A stretch of DNA of 64,000 nucleotides from Clostridiales bacterium (GCA_017961515.1 JAGCXC010000082.1:7092-71091); one strand, 5' to 3'. Counted from the stretch's first letter, positions 48,314 through 58,489 are shown. Program-made: numbers and translations. Notes: generated by a model from the sequence alone, not told the origin.

Positions 48314-48452
48314 GAGCAGATGATTGAAAAATTGAAGTTTAAATTTGCGACTCATGGTGTGTATTTATATTAATGGGAGCGTTAGTTGCTGCCGTAAGCG
48401 AAAGTCGATGAGGGGTCGTCAGACGAAGTAAAGACACATGGGAGGAATATTA

Positions 48453-51400
48453 ATGTCAGATTTTCAAGAAAACCTAACGGAGAGAGAAAACTTAAAGCTT
48501 AAGTTATATTATCATCGTATGGATAATAAATATGATGAATGGAGTGCTCTAGTTTGGATTGAAGGGTCAGAGTGTAGGAAAGTTAATTTTTTTGAAGATG
48601 CTGAGAGTTGTTCGTATGGGAGGGTAGCTAAATTAGAATTGGAAAATCTAGGGAAACAAAACAAAATATTTTTTGCTATAGGCAAACTTGATAGGAATGA
48701 CAAATTTATAGAAAGAGAATGTGAGGATGATAGGTTCGTGTTAGGTACGGATGCTGATGAAAATGGATGTATAGAAGCTTACGTTATACACGGGAAAAAA
48801 GAGTTGCAAAAAAAAGAAAGAGACCTAGTTGTCAATATGCACTATAGACGGTGGCGTAGGGACTACAAAGACTGGGATGTGCATACATGGATAAATGGAA
48901 AGAAAGAAGATGTAAAGTTTGTAAATGAAGAAGATCCATATTGGAAAGTAGCAAAATGTAAGTTGAGTGGAGTTAAACCAGCGGATAAATTTGGCTTTAT
49001 AATCAGGAAAGGTGGGAACAAGTGGTCAGACAGGGAGTGCAGGGAGAAGGCTGTAAACTTGAGAAGTTATGACAGAGATGGGGTTGTAGACATATATATG
49101 GTGCAAAATATTCCCAAAATAGTGTATAACAGGCCTATTTTAGTTAATTTTCATTACAAAAGATATGATGACGACTATGATTTGTGGAATATATGGGTTT
49201 GGAAGAAGTTTAAAACAGATGTAACAATAGAAGAGCCAGGATGTGGTATAGCTTTTGTGAACTATGATGATACATATGGTAAGGTAGGAGGGGCAAGTGC
49301 GGGGAAGGTTGCAACTTTTATATTGGAACCAAATGAAAATATAGAGAGTATAGGGTTTTTGATAAGAAAAGATAATTGGATAGATAGAGACATTGACCAA
49401 GACAGGTTTGTAAGATTGGAAGATATACTAAGGATGCAAAAAGAAGGCAAAGTGGACATATATTTAGCTCAAGGTGACTTAAACATTGGATTTGGAGAAA
49501 GAGAGATAGATTTGTCACCTAGGATAGTTGATGCTACATTTAGATATCCAATGGATAAGGGTAAAATAAAGACAGTTTATGTTGAGTTAAATAAAAAATT
49601 ATATGAGGAAATAAGTAGCAGAGAAATGGATAATGCGCTAGTTGCACCATTTGTATTGGAAGATGAAAAATCAGAGGTTGTTCCTATAAGTAGTGTACAA
49701 TATAGAGGAGAAAAAAGGGAAGAGAGAGATAAAAGGCGGTTTTTTAGGATAAACTTAAAAACAGAGGGAGATAGTTATAAGTTAGAACCATTTAAAAAGC
49801 ATTACAGATTAAGACTAACTGGCTACAAGAGTAGATTTATATCATTAAGAAAGTTGTATGATCATACTGAATATGTAAAGAATATTACATATGACGGGGA
49901 TGATTTGGGTGTTACATATAAAAAATGGAGGAGTAAATTTAGAGTTTGGGCACCTGAAGTTGAGAGGGTGGAGCTTTTGTTATACGATAAAGACACAGGA
50001 AGTTTGCCAGTAAAGGTCAAAGATTTAAGAAGATCAAAGGGTGGGACCTGGCGTACTAAAGTTAGGGGAAATTTAAAAGGAATGTTTTACAAATACAGAG
50101 TATATTCAGGAACACAGATGGTTGAAACAATAGATCCATATGCTAAGGCGGCGGGGATAAATGCTGAAAGAGGAGCAATAATAGATTTTAAGGATACGAA
50201 TCCAGAGGGGTGGGGTGATGTGGCCATACCTAAATCTGGTGAAATAACAGATGCTATTATTACAGAAATACATGTAAGGAATTATAGTATAAAAGAAAGT
50301 TCAGGTGTTAGTAAAAATAACAGGGGTAAGTTTTTGGGTTTGACGGAGAAAGGAACGACTACATCGGATGGAACTAGTACATGTTTATCGCACATAATAG
50401 AAGAAGGTTATACTCATGTCCAGATAATGCCTATAGCCAAGTGTGGTACCTTAGATGAAACACGAGCAGAAAGGCAGAGTAATTGGGGCTATGATACAAT
50501 ACATTTTATGGTGATAGAGGGCACGTATTCAACAGATCCGCATGATCCTGTAGCAAGGATAAAAGAATTTAAAAAGATGATACAAACGTTTCATGCGAAT
50601 GGTATAAGAGTGGTTTTGGATGTTGTATTCAATCACACGTACAAGACACAATTTTCAAATTTGAATATATTAGGGCCTAAGTATTTTCATAGAGTAAGGG
50701 GAGAGCAAGAGGAATTCTCTAATGCAACTAATTGTTCAAATGAGATAGCATCAGAACGCAAAATGGTACGAAAGTATATATTAGATACAGTTAAGTATTG
50801 GGTAAATGAATTTAAGGTGGATGGCTTTAGATTTGATGTGATGTATTTAATAGATAAAGATACCATGAATGAAATAAGGGAAGAAATAAATAAAATAGAT
50901 CCAAGTATACTAGTATATGGAGAAGGTTGGGGAGCAGAAACAGACACCACTATATCTCAAGAAGAGTTGGCGCAAAGAAGAAATGCGTACAAAATGCCAG
51001 GTATAGCATTTTTTAGTAATGAGGCGTCAGCTGCGATAAAAGGAAGTTTTGATGGAACTGATCGAGGTTTTGCATTAAAGGGTGAAGGGATAGCAGATAA
51101 GGAATATAGGCTAAAGAAGGGGATTGTGGCGGATACGTACCATCCACAGTTGGGTAATGACTATGATAGAATAAAACCAAATCAAGTTGTAAATTATGTA
51201 GGAGTGCATGACAATCTTACATGGTGGGATAAAATATGTGTATCAGTAAATGATGCGTGTGAAGCAGTAAAAAGGAAAATGTATCGTCTGGGATATGCTA
51301 TTTTATTTACTATGCAAGGAGCACTAGTTGTACCAGAGGGAGATGAATTTTTGCGTACTAAGGATAAAAATAATAATAGCCATAATTTAGGAGATAGAAT

Positions 51401-51791
51401 TAATGGAATAGATTGGAATAGAAAAAGCGAATACAAAGAAGACAGTAACTATATAAAAGGATTAATAAAAATGAGAAAGCAACATAAAGGATTTAGAATA
51501 AATGATCCAGATGAGATAAGAAAGAAAGTTAGATTCATGGATAATTTGCCAGATAAAGTTATAGGATATACAATAACAGATCACGCAAATAAAGATGTAT
51601 CTAACAGGATAGCAGTAGTGCATAATGGTGGATGGAGAGAAGAGGTAATACGACTTCCGCAAAATGGTTGGTCAGTTATAGTAAACGATAAAAGTGCTGG
51701 TGTTGAAGAGATAGAAAGAGTTAACGGAGATAAAGTACGAGTATTAGCTCATTCTAGCGTAGTATTAGTAGATAAATGTGAGAAAGTGTGA
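48453..51791 (+). CDS. pulA: Type I pullulanase (GH13) with three N-terminal PUD/CBM-like modules; no signal peptide
   Basis: Three HY.R.d..Y..W..W.W modules, then GH13 regions VLDVVFNH, GFRFDVM, YGEGW and VGVHDN. GGAGG lies 7 nt before the ATG at 48453. Confidence 0.9.
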   Translation: MSDFQENLTERENLKLKLYYHRMDNKYDEWSALVWIEGSECRKVNFFEDAESCSYGRVAKLELENLGKQNKIFFAIGKLDRNDKFIERECEDDRFVLGTDADENGCIEAYVIHGKKELQKKERDLVVNMHYRRWRRDYKDWDVHTWINGKKEDVKFVNEEDPYWKVAKCKLSGVKPADKFGFIIRKGGNKWSDRECREKAVNLRSYDRDGVVDIYMVQNIPKIVYNRPILVNFHYKRYDDDYDLWNIWVWKKFKTDVTIEEPGCGIAFVNYDDTYGKVGGASAGKVATFILEPNENIESIGFLIRKDNWIDRDIDQDRFVRLEDILRMQKEGKVDIYLAQGDLNIGFGEREIDLSPRIVDATFRYPMDKGKIKTVYVELNKKLYEEISSREMDNALVAPFVLEDEKSEVVPISSVQYRGEKREERDKRRFFRINLKTEGDSYKLEPFKKHYRLRLTGYKSRFISLRKLYDHTEYVKNITYDGDDLGVTYKKWRSKFRVWAPEVERVELLLYDKDTGSLPVKVKDLRRSKGGTWRTKVRGNLKGMFYKYRVYSGTQMVETIDPYAKAAGINAERGAIIDFKDTNPEGWGDVAIPKSGEITDAIITEIHVRNYSIKESSGVSKNNRGKFLGLTEKGTTTSDGTSTCLSHIIEEGYTHVQIMPIAKCGTLDETRAERQSNWGYDTIHFMVIEGTYSTDPHDPVARIKEFKKMIQTFHANGIRVVLDVVFNHTYKTQFSNLNILGPKYFHRVRGEQEEFSNATNCSNEIASERKMVRKYILDTVKYWVNEFKVDGFRFDVMYLIDKDTMNEIREEINKIDPSILVYGEGWGAETDTTISQEELAQRRNAYKMPGIAFFSNEASAAIKGSFDGTDRGFALKGEGIADKEYRLKKGIVADTYHPQLGNDYDRIKPNQVVNYVGVHDNLTWWDKICVSVNDACEAVKRKMYRLGYAILFTMQGALVVPEGDEFLRTKDKNNNSHNLGDRINGIDWNRKSEYKEDSNYIKGLIKMRKQHKGFRINDPDEIRKKVRFMDNLPDKVIGYTITDHANKDVSNRIAVVHNGGWREEVIRLPQNGWSVIVNDKSAGVEEIERVNGDKVRVLAHSSVVLVDKCEKV

Positions 51792-51825
51792 TGTGTGGTA
51801 TAGTTTTGTATTCGATAATATATTT

Positions 51826-51855
51826 GCTCTGGGATTATTGCCAGAGCATTTTTTG
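51826..51855 (+). terminator. Intrinsic terminator after the pullulanase gene
   Basis: Stem gctctgg / ccagagc plus a T6 run. Confidence 0.75.
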
Positions 51856-51887
51856 CCTTAAGTTTTATTTATTATGTGACCTCCTTA

Positions 51888-51928
51888 CTTACCTACACCT
51901 CAAATTTTTGCCATAAAATTCTCGATGT
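51888..51928 (-). repeat. 41-nt repeat module, copy 1 (inverted partner at 58449-58489)
   Basis: The reverse complement matches 58449-58489 at 35/41 positions, with a perfect 19-nt core aatttgaggtgtaggtaag. Confidence 0.65.
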
Positions 51929-52152
51929 ATAAGTTTTTTGTTTAAACAATAGGGTTTTTTTGGCAATTAATGTCCCGATTATACAAGTTAGGAAACGATA
52001 GTCATGCTAGGAATAAAGGTAAAGAAAAAGATTGTAATTGCCGATATCCATTAGCAACTAGAGAAGTATACTTTTCTCGAGATACGGACATTTCTTGGAG
52101 AAAAAATTCCATGTTTACATAGATTATTTTTAGTGATAGGGGGTAGAAATGT

Positions 52153-54327
52153 ATGGATTCGGAATTATCTAAGAGATTGCAAGAAATATTCGAAGCAAAA
52201 CATGATGATGATATTGATGAAGAAGAGAATTAAGAAAATGAAGAAAAAAAAGTTTTACCTAAGAAATTATCATTTTTGAATTCTAAGGAAGGGAAAAATT
52301 TATCATTAAAGGATGCGCTGGATCGTATTGCAGAAAGAAGTGATTTGGAAGAGAAGTCTGATGAGAGAGAAGAAGCTAGAAATAATTATGTTAACAGTGA
52401 TGAATACAAAAAGGCAGCAGAATTAGAAGAGAAAGTAAATAAGAAATATGAAGAGGTTTTAGCTGCGTATGAATCACCATCGATAACAGATGATGAGTAT
52501 GAAGCGCTATTGGCAGATTATGAGAAGTTATTAGAGGAGAATGATAAGGTACATGACGAGTTAATGGAAAGTGAAGAGTGGGAAAAGTATAAAGATGTTT
52601 TGGCTAGTGATTTAGCAAAAGAGCTAATTGAAAAAATGAAAGATAGAGATATATCAAAAGGGCTTGAAGAAAATCCTTTGGAGGAAGAAATAAAAGAAGA
52701 AGTCAAATTAGAAATTGAAAAGGAAATAAGAGAGAGCGAGGATATAGCTAATCAGAAGGATTCAGAGATATTGACAGAAAATATAGAGGTGCCCGAAGAA
52801 AAGCGCGAACAGAAAATTGTGGAAAGTGTAAACCAGAAAGATGAATTGTCAAAGGAAGAAATAAATAAAAGAGATGAGATAAATACCCCAGAAGAAACAA
52901 AAGAAGAGATAACAAACACACAAGATATAGATAATCTGGAACAAATAAATAGATTGGAAGAGATAGAGGCGAATGCTATAGATGAGGACAAAGAGCAGAT
53001 GGATCCATTACAAAAGGCTGCAAAAAGCATGTCAGATGCAGTGAAAGAATTAGGGGAAAATATAAGGCTTTCAAATAAAGGTGAATTTGTAAAATTGGAT
53101 GAAATGTTGGACATAAAAAAAGTGGAGAAAAAGGAATTTAAGCCTGAAGAAATAGATAAGAACAAGGAAATATTTAAGACTAATATAGAGGTAAGCCCGG
53201 GAATAGAAAAGATATTAGAAAAGTTAAGAAGGAAAAATGAGGAGGTAACCAAGGAAAATAAAGAAATAGGGAAAATAAAACGTCCAATAGAAGTGAGTAG
53301 TTTTGAAAAAGGGAATGATAAGCAGAAAGAGGTAATAGTAAAACAAACAGAAATGCCAAGGCAGGCAGTTGAATACGTTGAGATGCAAGATGAGGCAATG
53401 GATGTAAAAAAGGAGAATGTGAACGTGGAAGGATATGGTATAGAAAGTGAGAAAAAACTTCCTCGTATAGATAGTGCTATTTCCCTTAATGATATTTTAG
53501 AAGATTTAAATGGGATTTCAACACGAAATAAAATAGAAAAAGTGAAGAATGATTTAGAGTTAACAGTTGGAATTATAGAAGAGAATAAAGCGATAGCGAC
53601 AGGAAAAGTAGTTCCAAATGGGATATCTAAAGAAGAGGATATGGGTATGACAAAAAATGTAGGTTATGAAAATGAATATACTAATTTTAAAGAAGAACCA
53701 GGAGAGAATAGATGGCAGAGAAGATGTAGACAGGAAATAAATATAGTGGACAAGAAGACAGTAGCTTTACAGATAGTAAATGAGTTTAAACGTAATCTAA
53801 ATGATATGAGTGATGTTAAAAATTTCAATATAGTATGTTTACCTGATGGGAAATATAGATTGCAAGTAGAGAAAGCAGATAAAGCCCAGGTAGATACCTA
53901 TTATATAGATAGGGATGAATTTTTGAATGCGGAAGGTAAGTATAAATTTGGAGAGGCTAATAAGGAAGAGCTAAAAGAGTTAAACAACAGAGAAAGTTTT
54001 ATAACATCGAAATTGCCTACTGAAATAAACAAATTGAATACTTATAGTAAATCGCTTGAAGAGATGAAGAATGTTATGGGGAAATATGTAGAAGATGGTG
54101 ATAAGGTAATAAGAAGAAAGAGCGGAAAAACGGATGAGTTGGTGAAAGAAGGAGAAGGACAGTATCCTAAGAGCAGAAGAGGAGACAAGTTTAAAGAGAG
54201 AGAGAACTTAGTAGATAACATAGGTAAAGATGGTAATGTGGAGAAGATTATAACGTATGTGAAAAATAGGCAAATGGAGAAGGAAAAACTAGCTGAACAG
54301 AAAAAGGGAATGGAAATGTCACTGTAG
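52153..54327 (+). pseudogene. Glu/Lys-rich protein of unknown function, interrupted by an in-frame TAA at 52231-52233 (track ORF 52276-54327)
   Basis: ATG 52153 has an AGGGGG SD. After 26 acidic codons comes TAA, and the same frame then continues (ENEEKKVLPKKLSF) into the 683-codon ORF. That ORF's nominal TTG start has no RBS. Confidence 0.55.
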
Positions 54328-54346
54328 GAAAAGGGGAGATGAAATA

Positions 54347-56881
54347 ATGAAGGAAAGAACAAATAGAGGAGAAATAATTAAGAAAGGTTTTGAAAATATT
54401 GCAGAGGCAGGGAAAGCACAAGTAAAAAAAATAAAGGAAAATATGGCGAACAAAAAAGAAGAGAGAAATAGAAAAAACGAAGAATGGAAGAAAAAAGAAG
54501 AGAGATATAAAAGGATAAATGCGGAACTGGAAAAACAACGTAAAGGGAAGGATATAAAAAAAACAGGAGAAGAAATGATACATGCCGAAAATGAGTGGGA
54601 AGAGAAGAAAAAAGAAGAGGTATATGCAATATATACTAAATGGAGGGTAATGGAAAAATCGGCGGATAAAAAAGGTGCAAATAAGTTCTATTCAGAGAAT
54701 AAAGAAAAAATAAATATATGCAAAAATTTAGAGGGAAAAGCAGAGAAAAGTAAAAAGAAGTTTATAGAAAAATCTATCAAATATATTAATAGTATTAAGG
54801 AAAAGGACAGAGATGATGATAGTAACATAAAAATCATTATTGAAATGTGTCAAGAAGAACATATAACAGAAATAAAAAAAGGCTTGAATAATAATAAAAA
54901 ATATTTTCTAGAAGCATTAGGTGAAATGGATATGGAAAATAAGGAACAAGGAATAAGTGAAGAAGAAATACAAGAGTGGGAAGAGGAGATGGAGGAAAGT
55001 GCAAGAGAAGCACAAAAGAATACGGAAAAAGAGAAGCAGAAAGTAGAGGACAAAGAGATAAGGCAGTGGGCAGAAGGGATTATGGAAGAGAACATGTCAG
55101 GTATAAATGATAATCTATTTAAGATAGATGAAGGTATAGGATTAGAAAAAGCAGAGGAAAAGAAAGAGCAAGGAATAAGTAAAGAAGAAATGGAAGAGTG
55201 GAAGGAAGAGATGGAGAAAAGAGCAAGAGAGGCACAAAAGAATACGGAAGAAGAGAAACAGCGCGTGAAGGGAAAAGAGCAAGTGCAATTACAGGCTAGT
55301 GTACAAGAGGCGGAAAGTAATAAAATTTTAGAAGCAGTAGAAGAAATAAAAAATGCATATGACAGTGTATATGCTTATGATGCACAAAAGGAACAGATAA
55401 TAGATGCATTAGGAAAGTATAGTGATGAAGATAAAGAGAAAATAATTAAAGAAATTAGTTTAAGAGGAAAAGATCAGGGAAATTATGGATCAATACAACA
55501 TATAATAGCTGGTAGCAAAGAGTATGGAGAACTTATGCAAAGTATTTCGGATGATAAAAATAAAACACTTAAATCTCAAGACGAATTACATACTATAAAA
55601 CAAGAGATGGTTTCCAATGTTGTTTCAAGAGAGACTCCTATAGAAGTTTCTTTCGTTGAAAGATTAGGAAAAGAATTGAAAGATCATGAGGGAGTGGAGC
55701 TTAGTGTTGATTACATTGAAAAACCAGAGGAATTTGATAAAAAAGTTTTGGATACTACTAAGAATATAAATAATGGGAAATATTTAAAGAAAGCTCAAGG
55801 GGAAATACAGAAAGAGAAATTGACTTTGAAAATGATAGATCTTGGCAAGAAATTTGTTTTAGATTATGACGTAAATCCACCGAATGAAGTACATGTTTTT
55901 ATAGATAAGGATGTAATAAAGATACAAATTTTAAAAGATGAAGAAAAAGAAGCAGAAGAGTATTCGTTAAATAGTAGTGGGAAATTTGAATTTATAGGGA
56001 TGGAAAAGAAAAGGGAGATTGATAAAAAAAGAGCAATAAAGTGTATTGTGGCAGAAGATGGGAAAATTAGGAACGGTGTAGCAGAAGGAAAGGGATTTAG
56101 ATTTTGGGAGAAAACAAGGTATAAAGCAGGGGATATTGACATAGAAGACAAATTAAAAAATAGTATAAAATTTTTAAATAAGCAAATGGAGGTATTGGAA
56201 AAGGAAGATGTTATAGGAAAAGATTTTACTAAATACGCAAAAGATGCGGTAGATAAAATAAATATAAAAGATAATGTTTTAAAAAATGCAAAAGAAGCAA
56301 GTAAATCTTTTCATGAAAATGTTGTAAGAAATATACAAGGTGATATAGTAAGGAAGCAAGAAAGTAAAGATATGGCCTTTTTGAATCAGAATGGATTAGA
56401 TATTAATGAAGCTTTTTATAGCTTAGTGAAAAATGCAGCATCTAATGTAATATTAAGAGATAGTATGGAAGAATTAATGAAATGTAATGTTAGAGATTTT
56501 AATAGTGAAAATGAGTATTTTAAAAAAGGGATGACCCAATTATTTGAAAAAAATTTTGTTATTGACGATAAAAAACAAGTGTTGGGGATTTTGTGTGAAG
56601 CCTTGAAAGATAATGAAAAGGAATTAAACATGGTACGGGATTTTGTTACAAAAGGAAAATGGAAAAATGATGGTCTTGAAAATATTATGGATATAAATAT
56701 TTCCCGAAATAAGGATATATTAAAAAGTAGAGCGGAGCTAGAATCAGTTGATATTATGGGAAAAATTAGCATGGGCAATGAAAGTTTGGAGAAAAAATTC
56801 AATATAGAGAAAGTAGAAGAAAATATCAATAAGAATAATAAAATGAATAAAGATCGTTCTAAGGGGTTGAGAAGAGAGTAA
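54347..56881 (+). CDS. Glu/Lys-rich protein of unknown function (844 aa)
   Basis: SD aaaggggag. Contains an internal duplicated 39-aa module. No enzymatic motif recognised. Confidence 0.65.
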   Translation: MKERTNRGEIIKKGFENIAEAGKAQVKKIKENMANKKEERNRKNEEWKKKEERYKRINAELEKQRKGKDIKKTGEEMIHAENEWEEKKKEEVYAIYTKWRVMEKSADKKGANKFYSENKEKINICKNLEGKAEKSKKKFIEKSIKYINSIKEKDRDDDSNIKIIIEMCQEEHITEIKKGLNNNKKYFLEALGEMDMENKEQGISEEEIQEWEEEMEESAREAQKNTEKEKQKVEDKEIRQWAEGIMEENMSGINDNLFKIDEGIGLEKAEEKKEQGISKEEMEEWKEEMEKRAREAQKNTEEEKQRVKGKEQVQLQASVQEAESNKILEAVEEIKNAYDSVYAYDAQKEQIIDALGKYSDEDKEKIIKEISLRGKDQGNYGSIQHIIAGSKEYGELMQSISDDKNKTLKSQDELHTIKQEMVSNVVSRETPIEVSFVERLGKELKDHEGVELSVDYIEKPEEFDKKVLDTTKNINNGKYLKKAQGEIQKEKLTLKMIDLGKKFVLDYDVNPPNEVHVFIDKDVIKIQILKDEEKEAEEYSLNSSGKFEFIGMEKKREIDKKRAIKCIVAEDGKIRNGVAEGKGFRFWEKTRYKAGDIDIEDKLKNSIKFLNKQMEVLEKEDVIGKDFTKYAKDAVDKINIKDNVLKNAKEASKSFHENVVRNIQGDIVRKQESKDMAFLNQNGLDINEAFYSLVKNAASNVILRDSMEELMKCNVRDFNSENEYFKKGMTQLFEKNFVIDDKKQVLGILCEALKDNEKELNMVRDFVTKGKWKNDGLENIMDINISRNKDILKSRAELESVDIMGKISMGNESLEKKFNIEKVEENINKNNKMNKDRSKGLRRE
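54941..55279 (+). repeat. Two copies of a ~117-nt coding module, 222 nt apart
   Basis: KEQGISEEEIQEWEEEMEESAREAQKNTEKEKQKVEDKE is repeated as KEQGISKEEMEEWKEEMEKRAREAQKNTEEEKQRVKGKE. Confidence 0.6.
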
Positions 56882-57175
56882 AATAAAACAAAATTAAAGA
56901 ATGAATTGCAAAAAAAAGAGGTGAGAGCTCTTTCGTTTTTGCAATTTAGAATAAAAATATAGTTTAATTAAAATTTTTTTATTTTTTTGAATTATAATCC
57001 TTGTTAGATAAGGGTTTCAAAGAAAGAGAAAAAATTTTTTGTTTTTTCTACAAAAAACGACAAATTTCGCAAATAACCTGGAATATAATGTACATAAACG
57101 GTAAAATATGTAAGTCACCCCCTACATATTCTACAATATTCAAAAAGCTTAAATTTAATTTCGGGAGGAATCTGT

Positions 57176-57973
57176 ATGGAGAAAGAAAAAATAAAAGTGC
57201 TTATTGCTAATGAGAATAGGACTTTTACAGACATTGAAGAAGAATTCTTGACGGGGCAGGAAGATATGGAAATTGAGTTGTTTTTGGGAAATGGTATAGA
57301 GATATATGAAGAAATTTTGAAGAGGGAACCAGATGTAGTAATTATGGATGTAGTTATGTCATATATAGATGGATTGGAAGTTTTGAATAGATTACAAGAT
57401 CAAGGTTTAGATAAAAAGCCTATTTTTATAATTGTATCTGATATTAAAGAGAATGCTGTTATAGAGAAAACTATTAATTTAGGTGCGAAGTATTATCTTG
57501 TTAAGCCAGTAAATATGAAAGTGCTATGTGCTAGAATTAGAGGATTATATCATTACGATAGAACAGGACGTAAATGTTTAAATACACTAAATGACGAGGA
57601 AATAAAGACGCTTATAAAGTTACAAGAAAAAGTTACTAATATTATGTGTGCACTTGGTGTACCAGCACATATAAAAGGTTATAGATATTTAAGAGAAGCA
57701 ATTATTACGGTTATAGAAGATATCAACATATTAAATTCGATAACTAAATCGTTGTATCCAGCTATAGCTCAAAAATACAATACTACACCTAGTAGAGTCG
57801 AAAGATCAATAAGACACGCAATAGAAGTAGCATGTCAAAGAGGTCAAATTGAGGTTATGGAAAATATATTCGGTTATACAATAAATAGTGGTAAAGGGAA
57901 ACCTACGAATTCGGAATTTATTGCAATGATAGCTGATAAGCTTAGACTAGAGATGCAAAAATATGAATTTTGA
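57176..57973 (+). CDS. spo0A: Sporulation master regulator Spo0A
   Basis: Receiver domain ([10 protein letters not shown]). Spo0A-specific C-terminal domain: [43 protein letters not shown], and [15 protein letters not shown]. Confidence 0.95.
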   Translation: MEKEKIKVLIANENRTFTDIEEEFLTGQEDMEIELFLGNGIEIYEEILKREPDVVIMDVVMSYIDGLEVLNRLQDQGLDKKPIFIIVSDIKENAVIEKTINLGAKYYLVKPVNMKVLCARIRGLYHYDRTGRKCLNTLNDEEIKTLIKLQEKVTNIMCALGVPAHIKGYRYLREAIITVIEDINILNSITKSLYPAIAQKYNTTPSRVERSIRHAIEVACQRGQIEVMENIFGYTINSGKGKPTNSEFIAMIADKLRLEMQKYEF

Positions 57974-57979
57974 TTTGGT

Positions 57980-58020
57980 GTCTTCCAGTGTATAAGGACA
58001 TAGGAAGACGTCAAATTTTT
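57980..58020 (+). terminator. Terminator after spo0A
   Basis: Stem gtcttcc / ggaagac, then gtcaaattttt. Confidence 0.65.
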
Positions 58021-58173
58021 ATATAAAAAAATATTTGGTATATTAAAGAAAATAGAGTTTTAAAAAATCAAAATATTATAATGAAAATTTATGTATTTGT
58101 TAGTTATGTGATGATACAAGGAGTATGGACGATCCTATTTCGTATAATAAATGATATTGATCATTTTTAGGTT

Positions 58174-58202
58174 TTGATTTGCTAGGGATATTAAGCTATA
58201 AT
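58174..58202 (+). promoter_or_regulatory. Sigma-A type promoter of tRNA-Pro
   Basis: TTGATT, 17 nt spacer, TATAAT. Confidence 0.55.
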
Positions 58203-58226
58203 TATCTTTGTTTGAAAGAGTTGTTT

Positions 58227-58302
58227 CGGGGTGTGGCGCAGTTGGTAGCGCGCTTGGTTTGGGACCAAGATGCCGGGGGTTCAAGTCCTCTCACCCCGAC
58301 CA
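58227..58302 (+). tRNA. tRNA-Pro (anticodon UGG), CCA encoded
   Basis: Acceptor cggggtg/caccccg, anticodon stem cttgg/ccaag with loop ttTGGga, T-loop ggttcaagtcc, followed by a T8 run. Confidence 0.95.
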
Positions 58303-58448
58303 TTTTTTTTATTATAAATTCAATAATTTTATGATAAGTAAAAACCGCAGGGTTTGCGGGGTTGGCTCGTGTGGGCTTAGCACATTGGTTCTATCGAAGG
58401 GAAATCAATTGTTTATATAAGTAGTGCAAAAGTAAGCCCTTAAGCTTC

Positions 58449-58489
58449 ACACCGAGGGTTTTAAGTCAAGAATTTGAGGTGTAGGTAAG
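58449..58489 (+). repeat. 41-nt repeat module, copy 2 (inverted partner at 51888-51928)
   Basis: See the partner entry. It lies in a 640-nt non-coding gap between tRNA-Pro and radA. Confidence 0.65.

Noticed and set aside
57001-57210. 69-aa ORF upstream of and overlapping the spo0A start; also 0A-box-like sequences (acgacaa, ttcgcaa) and a GAAT element near 57060-57095
   Set aside because: The ORF has no RBS and lies in the promoter region. The box matches are partial (6/7) and I cannot place a convincing sigma-H -35/-10 pair.
58208-58420. 70-aa + strand ORF
   Set aside because: It reads straight through tRNA-Pro (58227-58302) and its terminator, so it is not coding.
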